Origin: Fimicolochytrium jonesii
Taxonomy: Eukaryota
Reading direction: 5' to 3'
Assembly (NCBI RefSeq): GCF_025526975.1
Contig: NW_026515699.1
Location: 62,001-126,000, forward strand
Length of the DNA: 64,000 bases
The stretch's first letter is position 1; each line of letters starts with the position of its first letter. The notes beneath the pieces are model-generated. The model was not told the origin of the DNA, made no database searches, and was given only the letters and a program-made list of their open reading frames with translations. The position numbers were made by a program, and so were the translations under genes. Of this stretch, positions 26,001 to 38,591 are shown in pieces.

Positions 26001-27315
26001 ACTATGCAACTCAAGGACTGTAGCGAAACTGCAACAAAGACTCTTGACCGAAAGCGTACTCGTTGTGCGCCAGGACTCCCAAGCGTGGTGTACAAAGCCA
26101 CGTCGGGACACCTCACGGCCTCTTGCGCCGTTGTAGTTGTCGTTTGTCGAGTGAACCGTAACCTGTCAGACTGCTGCAAGCTCTCCCCCCTGCCCGAACG
26201 GGATGTACAGTACTCTTTGAGGCAAGTCTCTGCAAATGCAAATGAGGTTGTTGGCATTATATCACACCAACATTGACATTGTCAGTGCAACAGTGACCGG
26301 CTTACCCGGCATCAAAAAACGTGTTTCTGAAAATGGGCTATCAGTGAAACTCCTTCAGTTTTTGAGCAATTTGGAATCTGTAGAGATGGAATGGTTTAGA
26401 AAAGGATTTCGCTTCGAGCTGCCGGCGCAGACTGTGCATATAACATGGTACAGACGTTCTGCTGCTGTCCAAAATCCTAAGGCTTCCTGGGCAACGAGTG
26501 GCAGAGTACAACGGACTCTCCAGGGTTCAGTTTTCATGTCCAGGGTCTGAAAGTTGCACAGCGTCCTTGCCGTACCTTCAGGATCAGAGATAGGCGAGGG
26601 TTAGCTGCGGCGCTGCGGGGGAAAAGGAGGTGTACTAGTCGGAGGTTGCTTTGAAGATTTTCGCTCCCAGCAGTTCTGATTGATAAATGTCTGCTGTTTA
26701 ATAGCTGGAAACCAAGACTGAATAGCTTATGTGATTCCTCATAGCTGGTTTAGTGATCTGCAGTCTTCTCTGGTCAGTTGGTTTGGTATCCTTTTTGCAA
26801 GGGGCAAGCTTTGGGGAAAAAAAAGGTAGTCTGGAAACGCGTCGACGAAGGCAGCGGGGTTGTTGACGCGCGCCTGCGCAAACGTATGTGCGCACTGTGA
26901 CTGCCGCAGGGCAGCCCGCAGACTCTGCCGTATCGAAAGCGAGCCCATAGAACCAAATTCATTGCTCAAGGCTCATCAATCTCCTCGGGTCCATATGGCA
27001 GAGAGGCTGTTCCAGCAATATATTGCGGCTTAAATCACTGTGGTAGAACTGTAGACATTTAGTCATCGCAAATATCAAGTTCGGAGGAGGTTTGTATCGA
27101 CTTGACCGACTGAGGAGATGGACAGCGGCATTGACTCCGTACTCCCTTTCAAATTTACCGAGGGCTCGCTGCGATGCCTTCCCATCCGAAGAGGAGCTGT
27201 TAGTGAATGCACAGGGTTCTTACGGGCTGATGGGGACAGCACCTGCGGAATCGGACGCTTCGGAAACGAGGTGCGGGTTTCCTTTTGTCTACCTCGGCTC
27301 CACGTGAAGGGGAGA

Positions 27316-27516
27316 CGCACCCCATTCCGTTGAGGTCGACCGAAGGAAAGCGCCGAGCAGTGGGTAGTCCGACAAGCCCGAGGGAACGTCACCTTCCGGA
27401 AGAAGCGAAGACTGTCCTGGCATGGCGAGCTCCATCATCTCGAGCGCGGCATGGCATTCCGGAAGGTGGGTCGCCCTGCGCACAGCGGCTTTGACTTGAC
27501 GAGGGCTTCGTTGGTG
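27316..27516. repeat. Dispersed ~200-bp repeat, copy 1 (copy 2 at about 29587-29765)
   Basis: Near-identical cgcaccccattcc...gtcgaccgaaggaaagcgccgagcag...ggctttgacttgacgagggcttcgttggtg at both sites in direct orientation. Confidence 0.9.
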
Positions 27517-29586
27517 CGAAATGCGCCATCGTCAATCGCTAGAAAGCACACAGTGGGGTTTGCATAGCGGCACTCAAGCCTTCAACTCTCTTGCGTGGCA
27601 TAGTGCTCAAAGCCGGATGCTGGCTGCGCCGTATAACCTGTGTGTTGGTTCGAACGTTGGCCGCCACGACCTTCGGAGACTTCTCATTGAGCATCCCTCC
27701 ACAGGTGAGGTAGCATGCTGTCCTTGCTTCTTGTCAGCATCACCTTCGTAACCCAGCCGCCTCTTTCCTTTCTGTCAGCGGAACACCGCTCGGTCATGAC
27801 GGTCAAGAACCTCAGCAATGTTGCATGCGCGCCATACGTTGTCTCCTCCCGGAGCACCTGCAAACAGCGCGTAGAGGCGCCCTATGCTGGAGCAATCCTA
27901 TGGTTGCCCGCAATCGAACCCCGCATGAAACGACCGGATGTGCCGCCATTGAGTCCCCCGTGTTGGAACGATACCTACCGTCAGGACCGTCAGGAAACAT
28001 CAGAAAATAACATCAGCTCCAATGTAGATTCAGGACCGGTCTTAACCTTGCAGAAGAGTTAGCCGCCTTTACTACTATGACCTACGGAAAAGCTTCATTT
28101 CTGGGGAGGCCGTTAGGAGCATTCCCCGTCGCAGGCTCAGCGCAGCTGAAGCTCGTTGTACTGCTAGCAACGTTTACCGGCGGGTTCGGAACTAGTTAGC
28201 ACCCCGTCCCGTCTGGAGCTCACAACGGCATCGCGACCGCCGTTCATGGAACCTTTCACGCGGCTTCCCTGGATCGCCTATGCCGGCGTCCGCTTCAGCG
28301 ACGGAGAGAAATGGACGGTTCAAGCTGACAAGGAGGGGGAACAAGGCTATATCTGTGGTGGATTTGGCTCGGGATACATCATAGGTAGCGACCGTGATGC
28401 CAAACCGGGGCAGGCAGTCGGAGAGGCGCCCCGTACTCCCAGAATACTTTGGGCACGCATGGCATGTGCCCGTATTGTGACGATAGTCAGCGTGCTTCAG
28501 CCAATGCAAGCAACAAGCTGAACCGTGCAACGGCTTCATGGATGTCGGCAGCTTCTCCATGACAGATCCTGAATATCTCATACCTGGGAAACGGTTTTAC
28601 GCTGGTCGAGCGTAGGAAATGAATCCACGACAGCGAAGCACGCTCTGGGCAGGTCCCGCACGGAATCGCCGGAACCGCTTCAGATCTCGACCGGATTGCA
28701 GGATCCTGGATTGCATCGGTAACATCAACTCGGCAGGAGGATAGCTGGTGAGCTCACAGAAGCCCGGAGCGCCAACGACTGGATCGAGGAGTCGTCACAG
28801 GAGGGTTCGATGGATCTGCGGCCGCAACCATCGAATCGAGAGGCGAATTCTCGCGCAGACTATGGACAGGACATCATTGAAAATGATGTTTGCGATTTCT
28901 ACAGCGAGGCCTAGTTGGCTTCTGTAGGTTAGACGATCAAGTAGATAGCGCACAACCCGCTTGATGCCACCATCGCTGCTTTCTCGGACTCTCGCCGACA
29001 CTTTCTTGTTATGATGGGATGTATTGACCGTTATTTCATAGTAAGCCGAGTAATCCAGCCAAAGTCCCAGTCCCTCCTCCAACGGATGAGATGCTCGTGT
29101 TAGGACCACTCGCAGATCGTTACTGAATCGCAAAAACTAAGAAGTGTTCAATTGCACAACCACTGATGGCATCTGTATCCAAGCTTTTCTCCGTTCTCCC
29201 AAACGCAGTGCTTTCATCAGCCATGTCGATGCTTCGTAGCGCGGTCGGCCCCGCATAACCTCACTGCCGCGACATTGCTGCCGACATTGCCACCGACATT
29301 GCCGAGGCTGCCGAGAGAGGGGATGGGGACAGCAGTGCAGCCACAGAGTGGGGAGCCGAGGTTGGAGCTCGAGGCGGGTGGCTGGCTTCGGTGTGCAGGA
29401 AAGAATGGAACTTGCGAGTGGGGAGGCTGGTTCCACCGACGATGCTGCATGCGTACTCGACCGAATAAACCCTGTTGGTGGTGCACAACATGTCGGCCAA
29501 GCCAAAGGCAGCAAGTGAAAATATGGGAGGACCTGGAGGCCCAGAGGAGGGCAGGCAATGAAGAGGGCGAGGTCGCATGCAGGGTC

Positions 29587-29765
29587 GCACCCCATTCCTT
29601 TGACGTCGACCGAAGGAAAGCGCCGAGCAGTTATTAGTCCGACAAGCCCGAGGGAACGTCACCGTCCGGAAGCGAAGACTGTCCTGGCATGGCGAGCTCC
29701 ATCATCTCCGGAAGGTGGGTCGCCCTGCTCACAACGGCTTTGACTTGACGAGGGCTTCGTTGGTG
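29587..29765. repeat. Dispersed ~200-bp repeat, copy 2
   Basis: Matches 27316-27516 with small deletions. Confidence 0.9.
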
Positions 29766-30215
29766 AGAAGCTCCTCCGCGTCGCCGCACTCTCCGCCTCT
29801 GAAGACAAGAGAATCCGCCAGATGGGAATGGCTACCACGATCGCTATTTTCGGAACGACGTGATGGGGCGGTTGTGACGGATACGGTTTGGCGGCACACC
29901 GTGCTCTCTTGGTCTTTCCAGCCCTCGCCTGCATTTCTGAGTAGGAGCTCGTCGCATGGGCACTGGAGGAACCCCCACCATCGGGATACCCGTCGAATTA
30001 TCCGCTGGCCTATTACGCTTGCTTGTAGCCTCATGCGTGTGCCCTCTTATGGCGTACATCGCTTTCTACATGTTTCCGTTTACGGTTATGCGTCTCGCTC
30101 GAATATGCCCGTCAAACGACAACCACCTTTTCATTGCTATTTATTGATGTTCACAAACTAGGATGTATATGATCAATGACTCATCTACAAAGCTATCGAG
30201 AAACCGTATCAGAGA

Positions 30216-31265
30216 TCAGATGTGCACGCCAAAGAATGCCCAAATGTTTTCATCCGCGGTCTCCGCCTGCACTATGAGATACCATTCGCCGGCCAGCCGC
30301 TCCACAACTTTCATTGTCGACATGAACAGTTCAGATGGGTGTGTATGCAGAAGATAGCTCAAATCCCTCGCAACGAGAAACACATGAGATCGCCCTGCCA
30401 GCGTTTGATTGCGGAACGTAACCGCGAAATCGATGAGAGGTGCTGTTGTCGAATCCTCGCTGTTCAGATTCGACCCGATGGACAAATGGGAGAGGATGCT
30501 TCCAGGTTTGGGAAATGGAGGGAACCTGCGGGATCCATGGTCGTCCATCGTGGGATTTGTTCGAGACAACCATGAGACTTCAAATGATGGTAGCGTGTCT
30601 TCGCCTCCGGCCCTTAGCATGACGCTAGTTCGGAATTCGCTTGCGGTCTCATCGCCGGCTTGTGAGAAGGTCACCGTAAGGCCAAGGACCCAGCGACCTG
30701 GTTCGAATTGCCAGTCGACGGCCCACTGCTTTGTGGTGTCGTTCCAATGGGGATGGATGTGGCCCCAAGCTCCTCCCTCACCGCCTACTAGGACTACATG
30801 TATGGCGTCCACGTCTTCGGGCTGTATCATAACCATGTCGGAGACCGCAGGTGCATTCGTCGTTAGGCGTATAGCGACTTGATGTGCCGTGGCGGTGACC
30901 AGTGCGCGGTAGCTGTTATCCTCCGCTCCAACATCTGAAGGTTGAACGATAACCCTCAGCTCGCTCCCCGATGCCAATCTTTCCACATGCGCTATCAAGA
31001 CTATGACGAGACACAGCAAAAGTATGAATATCAATGCGAAAGACACCACTCGCTGGCGACGGGAGAGGCGTCCAAGGATCGTTCTCGACGGGGCCGGGTT
31101 CGGTTTACCGTGAAACGAAGCATCTCGACCGAGGAGTGGTCTTTCGTCGATTCCGGAGGTCCGTCTGGCTTTGAAGTTCTCCGCCAGATTGCTATGCACC
31201 GTGAGTGTGGTAGAGGAAGAGGCATCCATCTTTTCCGTGATTTTGCCGGTTCGAAGTGAGCGCAT
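30216..31265 (-). CDS. Intronless type-II membrane protein with two HxHP-containing beta-rich domains, putatively metal-binding
   Basis: 349-aa open frame with a TM helix (VVSFALIFILLLCLVIVLIAHV). Domain 1 is IHVVLVGGEGGAWGHIHP...FEPGRWVLGLTV and domain 2 is SHVFLVARDLSYLLHTHP...AGEWYLIVQA. Confidence 0.7.
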   Translation of the reverse strand: MRSLRTGKITEKMDASSSTTLTVHSNLAENFKARRTSGIDERPLLGRDASFHGKPNPAPSRTILGRLSRRQRVVSFALIFILLLCLVIVLIAHVERLASGSELRVIVQPSDVGAEDNSYRALVTATAHQVAIRLTTNAPAVSDMVMIQPEDVDAIHVVLVGGEGGAWGHIHPHWNDTTKQWAVDWQFEPGRWVLGLTVTFSQAGDETASEFRTSVMLRAGGEDTLPSFEVSWLSRTNPTMDDHGSRRFPPFPKPGSILSHLSIGSNLNSEDSTTAPLIDFAVTFRNQTLAGRSHVFLVARDLSYLLHTHPSELFMSTMKVVERLAGEWYLIVQAETADENIWAFFGVHI

Positions 31266-31614
31266 AGTGATGAGCTAGAAGCTCCGACGCCTCCCTGCCT
31301 AGAGATATGCACCTGCAGTGCCTTCGTCCGCCTCCACCATTTTCGAGCACTTTACGTCGGAAGCTACTGTGTTTTCGAATATGTGCTCTCCACAGTGTCG
31401 CCCCGGCTGTCAATTCATATTCGGTGGGAAACGTCAATTCGAGGTTTGTCTGATTGTCGGTCAACACCTGTGCCGCGCTCTGAGAGCTCTGAGAGTTGCA
31501 AGTCATTGCAAGTCGTTGCAAGTCGGCAAACCCACTTGTTCACGCCCTTATCCATGTACCCCAGACCTAGTACTGTATAGCCTACGAGTTCACTCATCGT
31601 GCGAGCTGTCCACC

Positions 31615-34600
31615 ATGGACACCGACAGCGAGAGCGAGCTGAGTTCTGTCGGTTCTTCCAAGTTAGAGCCATCTGACGATGAGTCCGACCATGGGTTCAT
31701 ATCCAGGGGCCAAAAATCGCCTGCATCATCTGCACCCGCTGCCTCAGCTCCCTCATCGCCGCTTGCTAGCTCGCCGATTGTTCCGGCCATGACGGACGTG
31801 GCTGACAGCCCTGCCAGCCCTGCCGTGTCCCTACCTCCACACCCCGGACGCTGTACAGTTGAGGTGGTGATACCGTCCCGGGTCCCGGCGAGGCGTAAAG
31901 TACTCCCTCGAAAAAACGCCCACTCTGCCCCGAATACCCCAACTTTCCCTGCTCAGTTCACCAAACCACGTTCCACCCCGCCGGAAATTCCACCGAGCCA
32001 TTCCATTAGTCCCAAACCCAAGCGGATTGGTATAAGTCCATTGACACAACCTCGTCAGGATTCTGCTGGCCTCGAGGATTCTGATGGCGAGGCCAGCAGT
32101 GTTAGCTCTTACAAGCCCGAATCAGATGACGAAGAGTCCGACGACGATGCATCCGAAGAAAACGGGTCCCTCTACGAAAGTTCCGGCGAAGATGGGTCTG
32201 GAGAGTTTCTGCCAAAGAAGCGTGTCTCGACACACACGTGGCATGAGGAAGATTGGTACCGAGAGCGCCGGGCTGATCCCGACTGGACCTTAGACGACGC
32301 TGAGCGAAAGGGAGATCGATCGGAAGACGTTAGCCTCGGCACCTATACGTCCGACGTTGAGATCCGCAAAGATAGCCCTGAAGACAGTGGAAGCGATGGC
32401 GAGGATGCGGCGGGAGACGATGAGCTGTTCCATGCTGCGCTCAAAGACGTTGGACTCGGCGAGGATACTCTAAAAGACGCTGTCGTTCACGACGACGGTT
32501 CCGAAAATGGGGACCCGGTCGACTTAACCGAAGTTGTTGGGGAGGCACAGAATGCGCTCAAAGACACTGGGCCCCACCAGCTCAGGTCTGAACACGCTGA
32601 GCCGGCCGAGTTGATTGAAGACGTTGAGTTCGACGAGGGCCGCAAAGGCGCTATAGGAATAAATGTCGGAGAATGCAAATCGGCACCCGCACGCAACCTC
32701 CGGAAACGGCGCGGATATTACACGCCGTTGCCGATACGCCGCTGGGTGCCGGCTTCCTCGGACGAGTCCGACCAGGGTGTTGAAGCAGGGACACCTGTAG
32801 CCGCGAAAGGACGACCCGACGAAGAACGGGATTCCACGTTGGATCTGGACATTGGCGTTTTGGAAGACGACAATATGGACTTCACTGCGTCTACTGTTGG
32901 CACCGACACGCTAGCTTTTTCTTTCGAAGATGTTGATGGAGATGGGATGGACAATGACGAAGATCCGACAGTATCCGCAAGCTGTCCCGACAAGGGTTTC
33001 AATCAGCACAAGCTGGAAGGGCATGAGCTGGAGGTGAAGTCCACCCGTACAGGCCCCAATAGCCTTGCGTCCTCATTCGACGAGTCTGACGAGGATGGTT
33101 TCAATGTCGAAGACGAACCGTCGCCACCCGCAACAGCGATGGAGATCAACTGCTCTACTGTTGACTCCTCCGAAGGCCTTTCCGATCGGCTCAATGGTGA
33201 AGAAAGGGCATTGCCACCTCCGCCGAGTTCTGAAAAGGCGGCAGGCCCCAGTTTGGAAGGACAAGAGCCGGATCTCATGAATCTCACTTCTGGCCCCGAC
33301 GATCTCGCGTCATCCCCGAAAAGGCCGTCCTCGAAGAAGAATTTCAACGACAATGCATGTGAAACCGGAGCAGGAACATCGCTGGCCGCGGCCATAACAT
33401 TCACATCCAAAAACGCCACCACCCGCCGGCTGGACAAGCATGAGCTAGAGGTCATTGCCTCCATGTACGCCCGGGACAAAGCCGGCTTGCTCGCCGCTTT
33501 TCCTTCAATAGACGACGCGGCTGCAATCGCAGCCGCCAAGGCCTCAGTTTCAGGATACGCGTCGGGGCGGGCATCCAATTTGCGCGAGACGAGGATTCGC
33601 AAGAAACACGCACAAACGATTGGACAACAGCTCACGGACGAAGAGTTTGCACGATTCCGAGCATATGCCCGACTCGAACCCCATCAACGCTACTTAAAGG
33701 CCAAGGAGAACGTCCTCGAAGCCCTGCAGGAGCTCCGAGAGGCGAGCCTCACTGAACACGCCTCCGGTTTCTTCTTTGTCGCTTCACATCCCATGCAGAA
33801 GGATGTTGTTATGTCGTCCACCAACGATGAACGGAACGGCTGGGCGTTTGCGGCAAGCTGTCAAACGGAGGCCCTTGTTCCTTCGACAATACGAGCATCC
33901 TTTCTCCCGTCGGATACCCAAGCAGTCGATGCTATCGTTGACTTCCAGCATAGCCTCATCGGCAAAGAGAAATGGGAAGATGCCGTTCAGCAGGTTGAAA
34001 AAGCACCTGTGGCGCCACATCCCATGATTCGCAACCGGTGGGCCCACGGTGAAGGGAAGACAGCGTTGGCAAAGTCGCTCAGGGAGCGTCTGATCTTAGA
34101 GACGGGAAGGAAGTCCCGCCGAACACCATGGCTGACCATCGGAACACTTGATTATCCGTTCGTAGCGGTCGGATGGCCGCCACACATCCTGTACGGCAAG
34201 ACGTTCAGCAAAGCGGCAACCAAAGAAGAGTTGATATCAATGACTCTCTACTGGGACAATCTGCACTTCAAGAGAAAGGACGAGACCGCGCTAGACGAGC
34301 TCTTCGCGCCCGAGCATCCGGAAGACCCGCTGAAAGGCACTCCTCTTTATCAGTTTCGTAAGAAGGTGAACGAACGACAGCGAGAAGCTATGCGCGCACG
34401 GAATAGACCGGCGTCGTCGACATCCACCACCGCTGGGACGATCACCCCGCAGGATGTGGTCGCTGCCGCTGCCGCTGCCATATCCTCTGCCGTAGCCGCT
34501 GCAGCTGAATTAAACGGCAAGGGTAAGAAGAGCAAGGGGGTACTCAATCCTTCATCGCATACAAACGAGATCCATTTTGCTGATAATGAGGACAAGAGGG

Positions 34601-37600
34601 CCACCCCGCCTGCCAGCGATCAGGAAGCGCTGGCTGTCGACCCCTCTGGCGATGAGTACGTACCCATGGATTTGGATATTGTCACGGACGCTGAAATTCC
34701 CTTGAATCCCGGTTTCGTGGCCGCGCCCATGAATGACGGTGCTGAAGCCTCGAGGGACCCTAGCGCCGACGTATCAATGTCCGTGGGAGTATGCACCGTC
34801 ACTGACGCATCGGCATCGATTCCAATGGAATTCATCGCCGCATTCAACGAGCCGGACGCGGTTGACACAGATTTCCGAGGAGATTTCGAATGCGGGTCAA
34901 CGCCATTGGCTCCCTGGAACACGGTGTACGGCCAGGCTGCTGGCAGCTCAGATGCTCGGCAAACTCATAAGGTCCCGGGCACGCTTCGCCCGATGCCTGT
35001 TAGGAAGCCCGCTCGACCGTCGCCGCCTAAGCTCACTCGAACACCTGTCCGGTCGTGTGCTCCGCCGCCTGTTCACATACAGTCTCCCAACGATACCGTA
35101 GATACGGATGGCGGGCATTTGGTGCCGTCTCCGCCGGCTGCGGTCAAGGCGCGAATGCGGAGCATCCTTGAAGCTGCGTGTGTCCCGGAGATATACCCTA
35201 CGCAAATCGCACTGCCCACGCCTACTCACGCTCCAACGGCTGCTGGAATGGATCTTCCGTCTCCGATGTTGATAGGGTCTCCGTCGCCTGCACCCACGAT
35301 CCGCATGCCGACACCTTCCAACGGGGAGTCCGAACGGCGTATATACCCAAGCACAATGTCCGCGTCCGACGCCATGCGCAAGGCGTGGAAGAGAGAGTAT
35401 CGAGCCGCTCGTGAAGGATACTTGCAGGCCATGACGATGTTCAACCTGTACCCGCAAGTCCACCTTGGACACAATGCGACTCGGGCTTTGGAGCGCGACA
35501 TGCAGCAGCTCCGTTCGTCGAATGCGGTGGTGAAAGGACTCTATGATGTGGACGCGCTGTCGACTTCTATCCAGCATGCGCGTATATTTGCACAGGCGGT
35601 CGTGATGCGTGCGAGCACCCTACGCGAAATGGCGACTGCGCGGCTGGCGATTGCGCCGGCGGTGGGGTCTCGGAAAAGAAAGGGTTCCGCGGTATGTGCG
35701 GTATTAGCTGAGGGAAGTTTGATTGCAACTTCACCCGCCCAGCGATTCATTCCATCATTTTTTGACAGACGGCAGGAGAATCTTTCGCGGATGCGGAGGT
35801 GAGATGCATGACCATCAAATAGGATGCAGTGAATCTTTCTGAAAGATTCTAAACCATCATCAATTGTTCAGGACGAATCAGCGAATAAGAAACAGCGCGC
35901 TTCGCCCTCGCCCGAACCTGTACCCTTCGGTTCATTGCAACGCTATGATCGTCCAGACATGTGGAAGGCGTTTGGTAACGCTCGTCGCCTGCCGACCCGA
36001 GTGCAGGAGTTCGAGCCGATCCAAGAGCCAGGAGCGCTTACGCTGAGATGGCGCAGCAACTTGGAGATTATTCCGACTCCAAAGTGGTCGCCATTTGGGT
36101 TCCCTTCACTACGGAGCTCGCAGAAAAGAGAGTTGGACTCACTAGTTGATGGAAAATACGGTGCCTGGACTACAGAGGAGAAAGCGAAATACAACGCGCT
36201 GAACTGGCATGAGGACGACCCGCAACAGACGGTGGATCGGGATGATCTCTATTCTGTCATCAACCCCGATCGGATGTGCGCCGTGCAGGGTATCAACTAC
36301 TACATGCGGAGACTGGAGTTCCACTACCGGCAGCAGGAAGGGCTGGGCTATCAGTTCTGGTATGGACCGCCGGCCGTTGGCGATCAGATCTCACCAGCGA
36401 AGGGACCTGGTGACTACGTTTCTGGAAAGGCTCGCCTGCCCGTAAGTACCAAATACGCTGGAGATTTACGACTGACAAGCCGAGGATTAATGAGCTTTCC
36501 TTTCTTGTACAGGACCCAGCGGTCGATAGGTTTGCCATCTTCCTTATGATGCATAACGCCAACCATTACATCGCATACTGGGTCGATCTGCATACCGGAG
36601 ACCAATTCTTCTACGATCCATTGTGGCTGGCGCATTCGGGTGCGGGCAACGATACCCAATGGCGCACGAAAAATCGGTGGCAATGCCAAGGACGAGCCAA
36701 CTGGCTCGCAAGCGTCGTCCCGAACCTTCCCCGACTCTCTGTCCTACGCCTACTGACGGCTCCGTCGCAGAAAGGTACCGATGTCGTCAACTGCGGAGTC
36801 TACTGCTGCGCGATTATGGATTGGGTCACTAGAGGCATTGTGGGACAGCTGCTTCTTCCGCTGCACTTTAGCGAGAAGCGGATCTTGCAAGTGAGACACA
36901 GCATCGCATGGACGGCCATCAGGGGAAACCCGCCTCATCTTGCGCTGGAGCATGAAAACCCACCCGAATCACTTGATCCCAATGTACGAGCCGATGCAAC
37001 GCCACAAGATGAGATGCAGGCAGCACACCCGGCGGAACAGTTCCTGCCGATGGCTCATACTGTCGATGAAGCTGTTGTACCGCCACGAGATGAAATCCGG
37101 GCAACATCCGTAGCGGCTTCGGCGGAACAGCTCATGAGTCAACCCCTAATGTCGACAACTCAGGCACCCGTGACGTCTTCGGGGGAACAGCCCACAGTCA
37201 TTACGCAACCTCCCATTTCGATGGCTCAAATAGAGGCAGCACCCGAGGGAACTCCGGCGGAACAGCTCCCAGTCATGGCGCAACCTCCCATGTCGATGGT
37301 TCAAATTGCGGCAGCAGTGGCGGCTCCGGCAGAATGGGCTCTCATGACGCTACCTACCATGTCGATGGCTCAAAGTGTCGATGAAGCCGTCGATGGAGAT
37401 GGTCAAGCTGTTGATAAGGCTGTCGATGGAGATGCTCAATCTATCAATGAAAAAAACGTTGTCGATGGGAACACTCGAACTCGTCAGCCCAGGATTCGAA
37501 ATCGCAAAAGCAAAAAGAAGAGACTTCGAGACAAGGCATTCAAAGAAGCGCAGGAACGAGAGCAAACGATCAGCAATGCAGCGCCCACGCCGTCCCGGAA

Positions 37601-38279
37601 GCCGAAATCCGTACGCACAGCCCCGAAGGCAGCGCTGTTAACCACTCACTCAAGCCCCACACGGCCATCGCTGCCGGCAAGGAATGACTCAAGCCCCCGA
37701 CGGCTATTTGAAACTAAGCAGCGGCGCGTATCAATATCTCGAAAATCGGAGCCCGAATGGACAGTCTCGACGGCGGCGCCCGGTCCAAGCCGCCCACGGC
37801 TCGACGACACTCCACACCTACGCGAAGGGACCATTTCACAGAGATCAGGACTAGAGCGGATTGAGTGGACGACAGCACATGGCCCAAGCCACCGAGAGTC
37901 CTACGACGCTCCGTGGCACCGCGACACTCCCATTTCACAAAGATCAAGACCAGAACGGACTGAACGGATGACAGAGTCGGGCCCAAGCCTCCGGCAAATC
38001 GATAACGCTCCGCAGCACCGCGAAACTCCCATCTTAGAGAGACCAGAACCACAACGGACTCGGTGGACAGCGCCTGGCGCGGGCCGCCACCGGTTCGACA
38101 ACGCTCCGCATCGCCGCACAGTGTCGTTCTATGAAAAACCCAGACAGGCACGGACGGACTGGAAGCAAGCGCCTGTCCGAAGATGGCCAGGGCCCGACCC
38201 ACCTGCCCCAGTGCACTTTGCTGCACGTGTAACGACCGTCCCGGAGGAAATGGAGTGGAGGGATAGCACCTTTCACTGA
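31615..38279 (+). CDS. ~2,147-aa protein with an acidic disordered N-terminus, a central PW...GWP helical domain, a Ulp1/C48 peptidase domain and C-terminal repeats. Exons: 31615-35691, 35769-35798, 35872-36441, 36513-38279
   Basis: Three phase-0 GT-AG introns join the 1494-, 204- and 577-aa ORFs in frame. C48 motifs are DDLYSVINPDRMCAVQGINYYM, NHYIAYWVD, FFYDPL and SQKGTDVVNCGVY (His-Asp-Gln-Cys). Confidence 0.75.
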
Positions 38280-38479
38280 TGTACATGTCTGATGTTTAAT
38301 GGCGTATACGTAGGAGGCGACAGCGTGAGATGCATCAGAGGGAATGGAGTGGAGCGATGGCTCCTTTCGCAGATGTAGGATGTTCGATGTTTGGTGGCGT
38401 ATCCGTAGAAGACAACATGATAAGATGTACAGTATATATCCTTTCGTTTGTAAATTTGATCCGATTCGTGATCACCACA

Positions 38480-38591
38480 ATCACTGTAAACATGCTCTTG
38501 TGTTCTACCATTGACCACGACCCCCACGTTGCCGTATCACTGTAAACATGCTCTTGTGTTCTATCATTGACCACGACCCCACGTTGCCGTC
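38480..38591. repeat. Tandem duplication of a ~56-bp unit
   Basis: atcactgtaaacatgctcttgtgttcta(c/t)cattgaccacgacccccacgttgccgt occurs twice in tandem. Confidence 0.9.

Noticed and set aside
31318..31614. N-terminal extension of the 1494-aa ORF
   Set aside because: It starts at GTG. The in-frame CACCATGG at 31615, which opens the acidic region, is the more plausible start.
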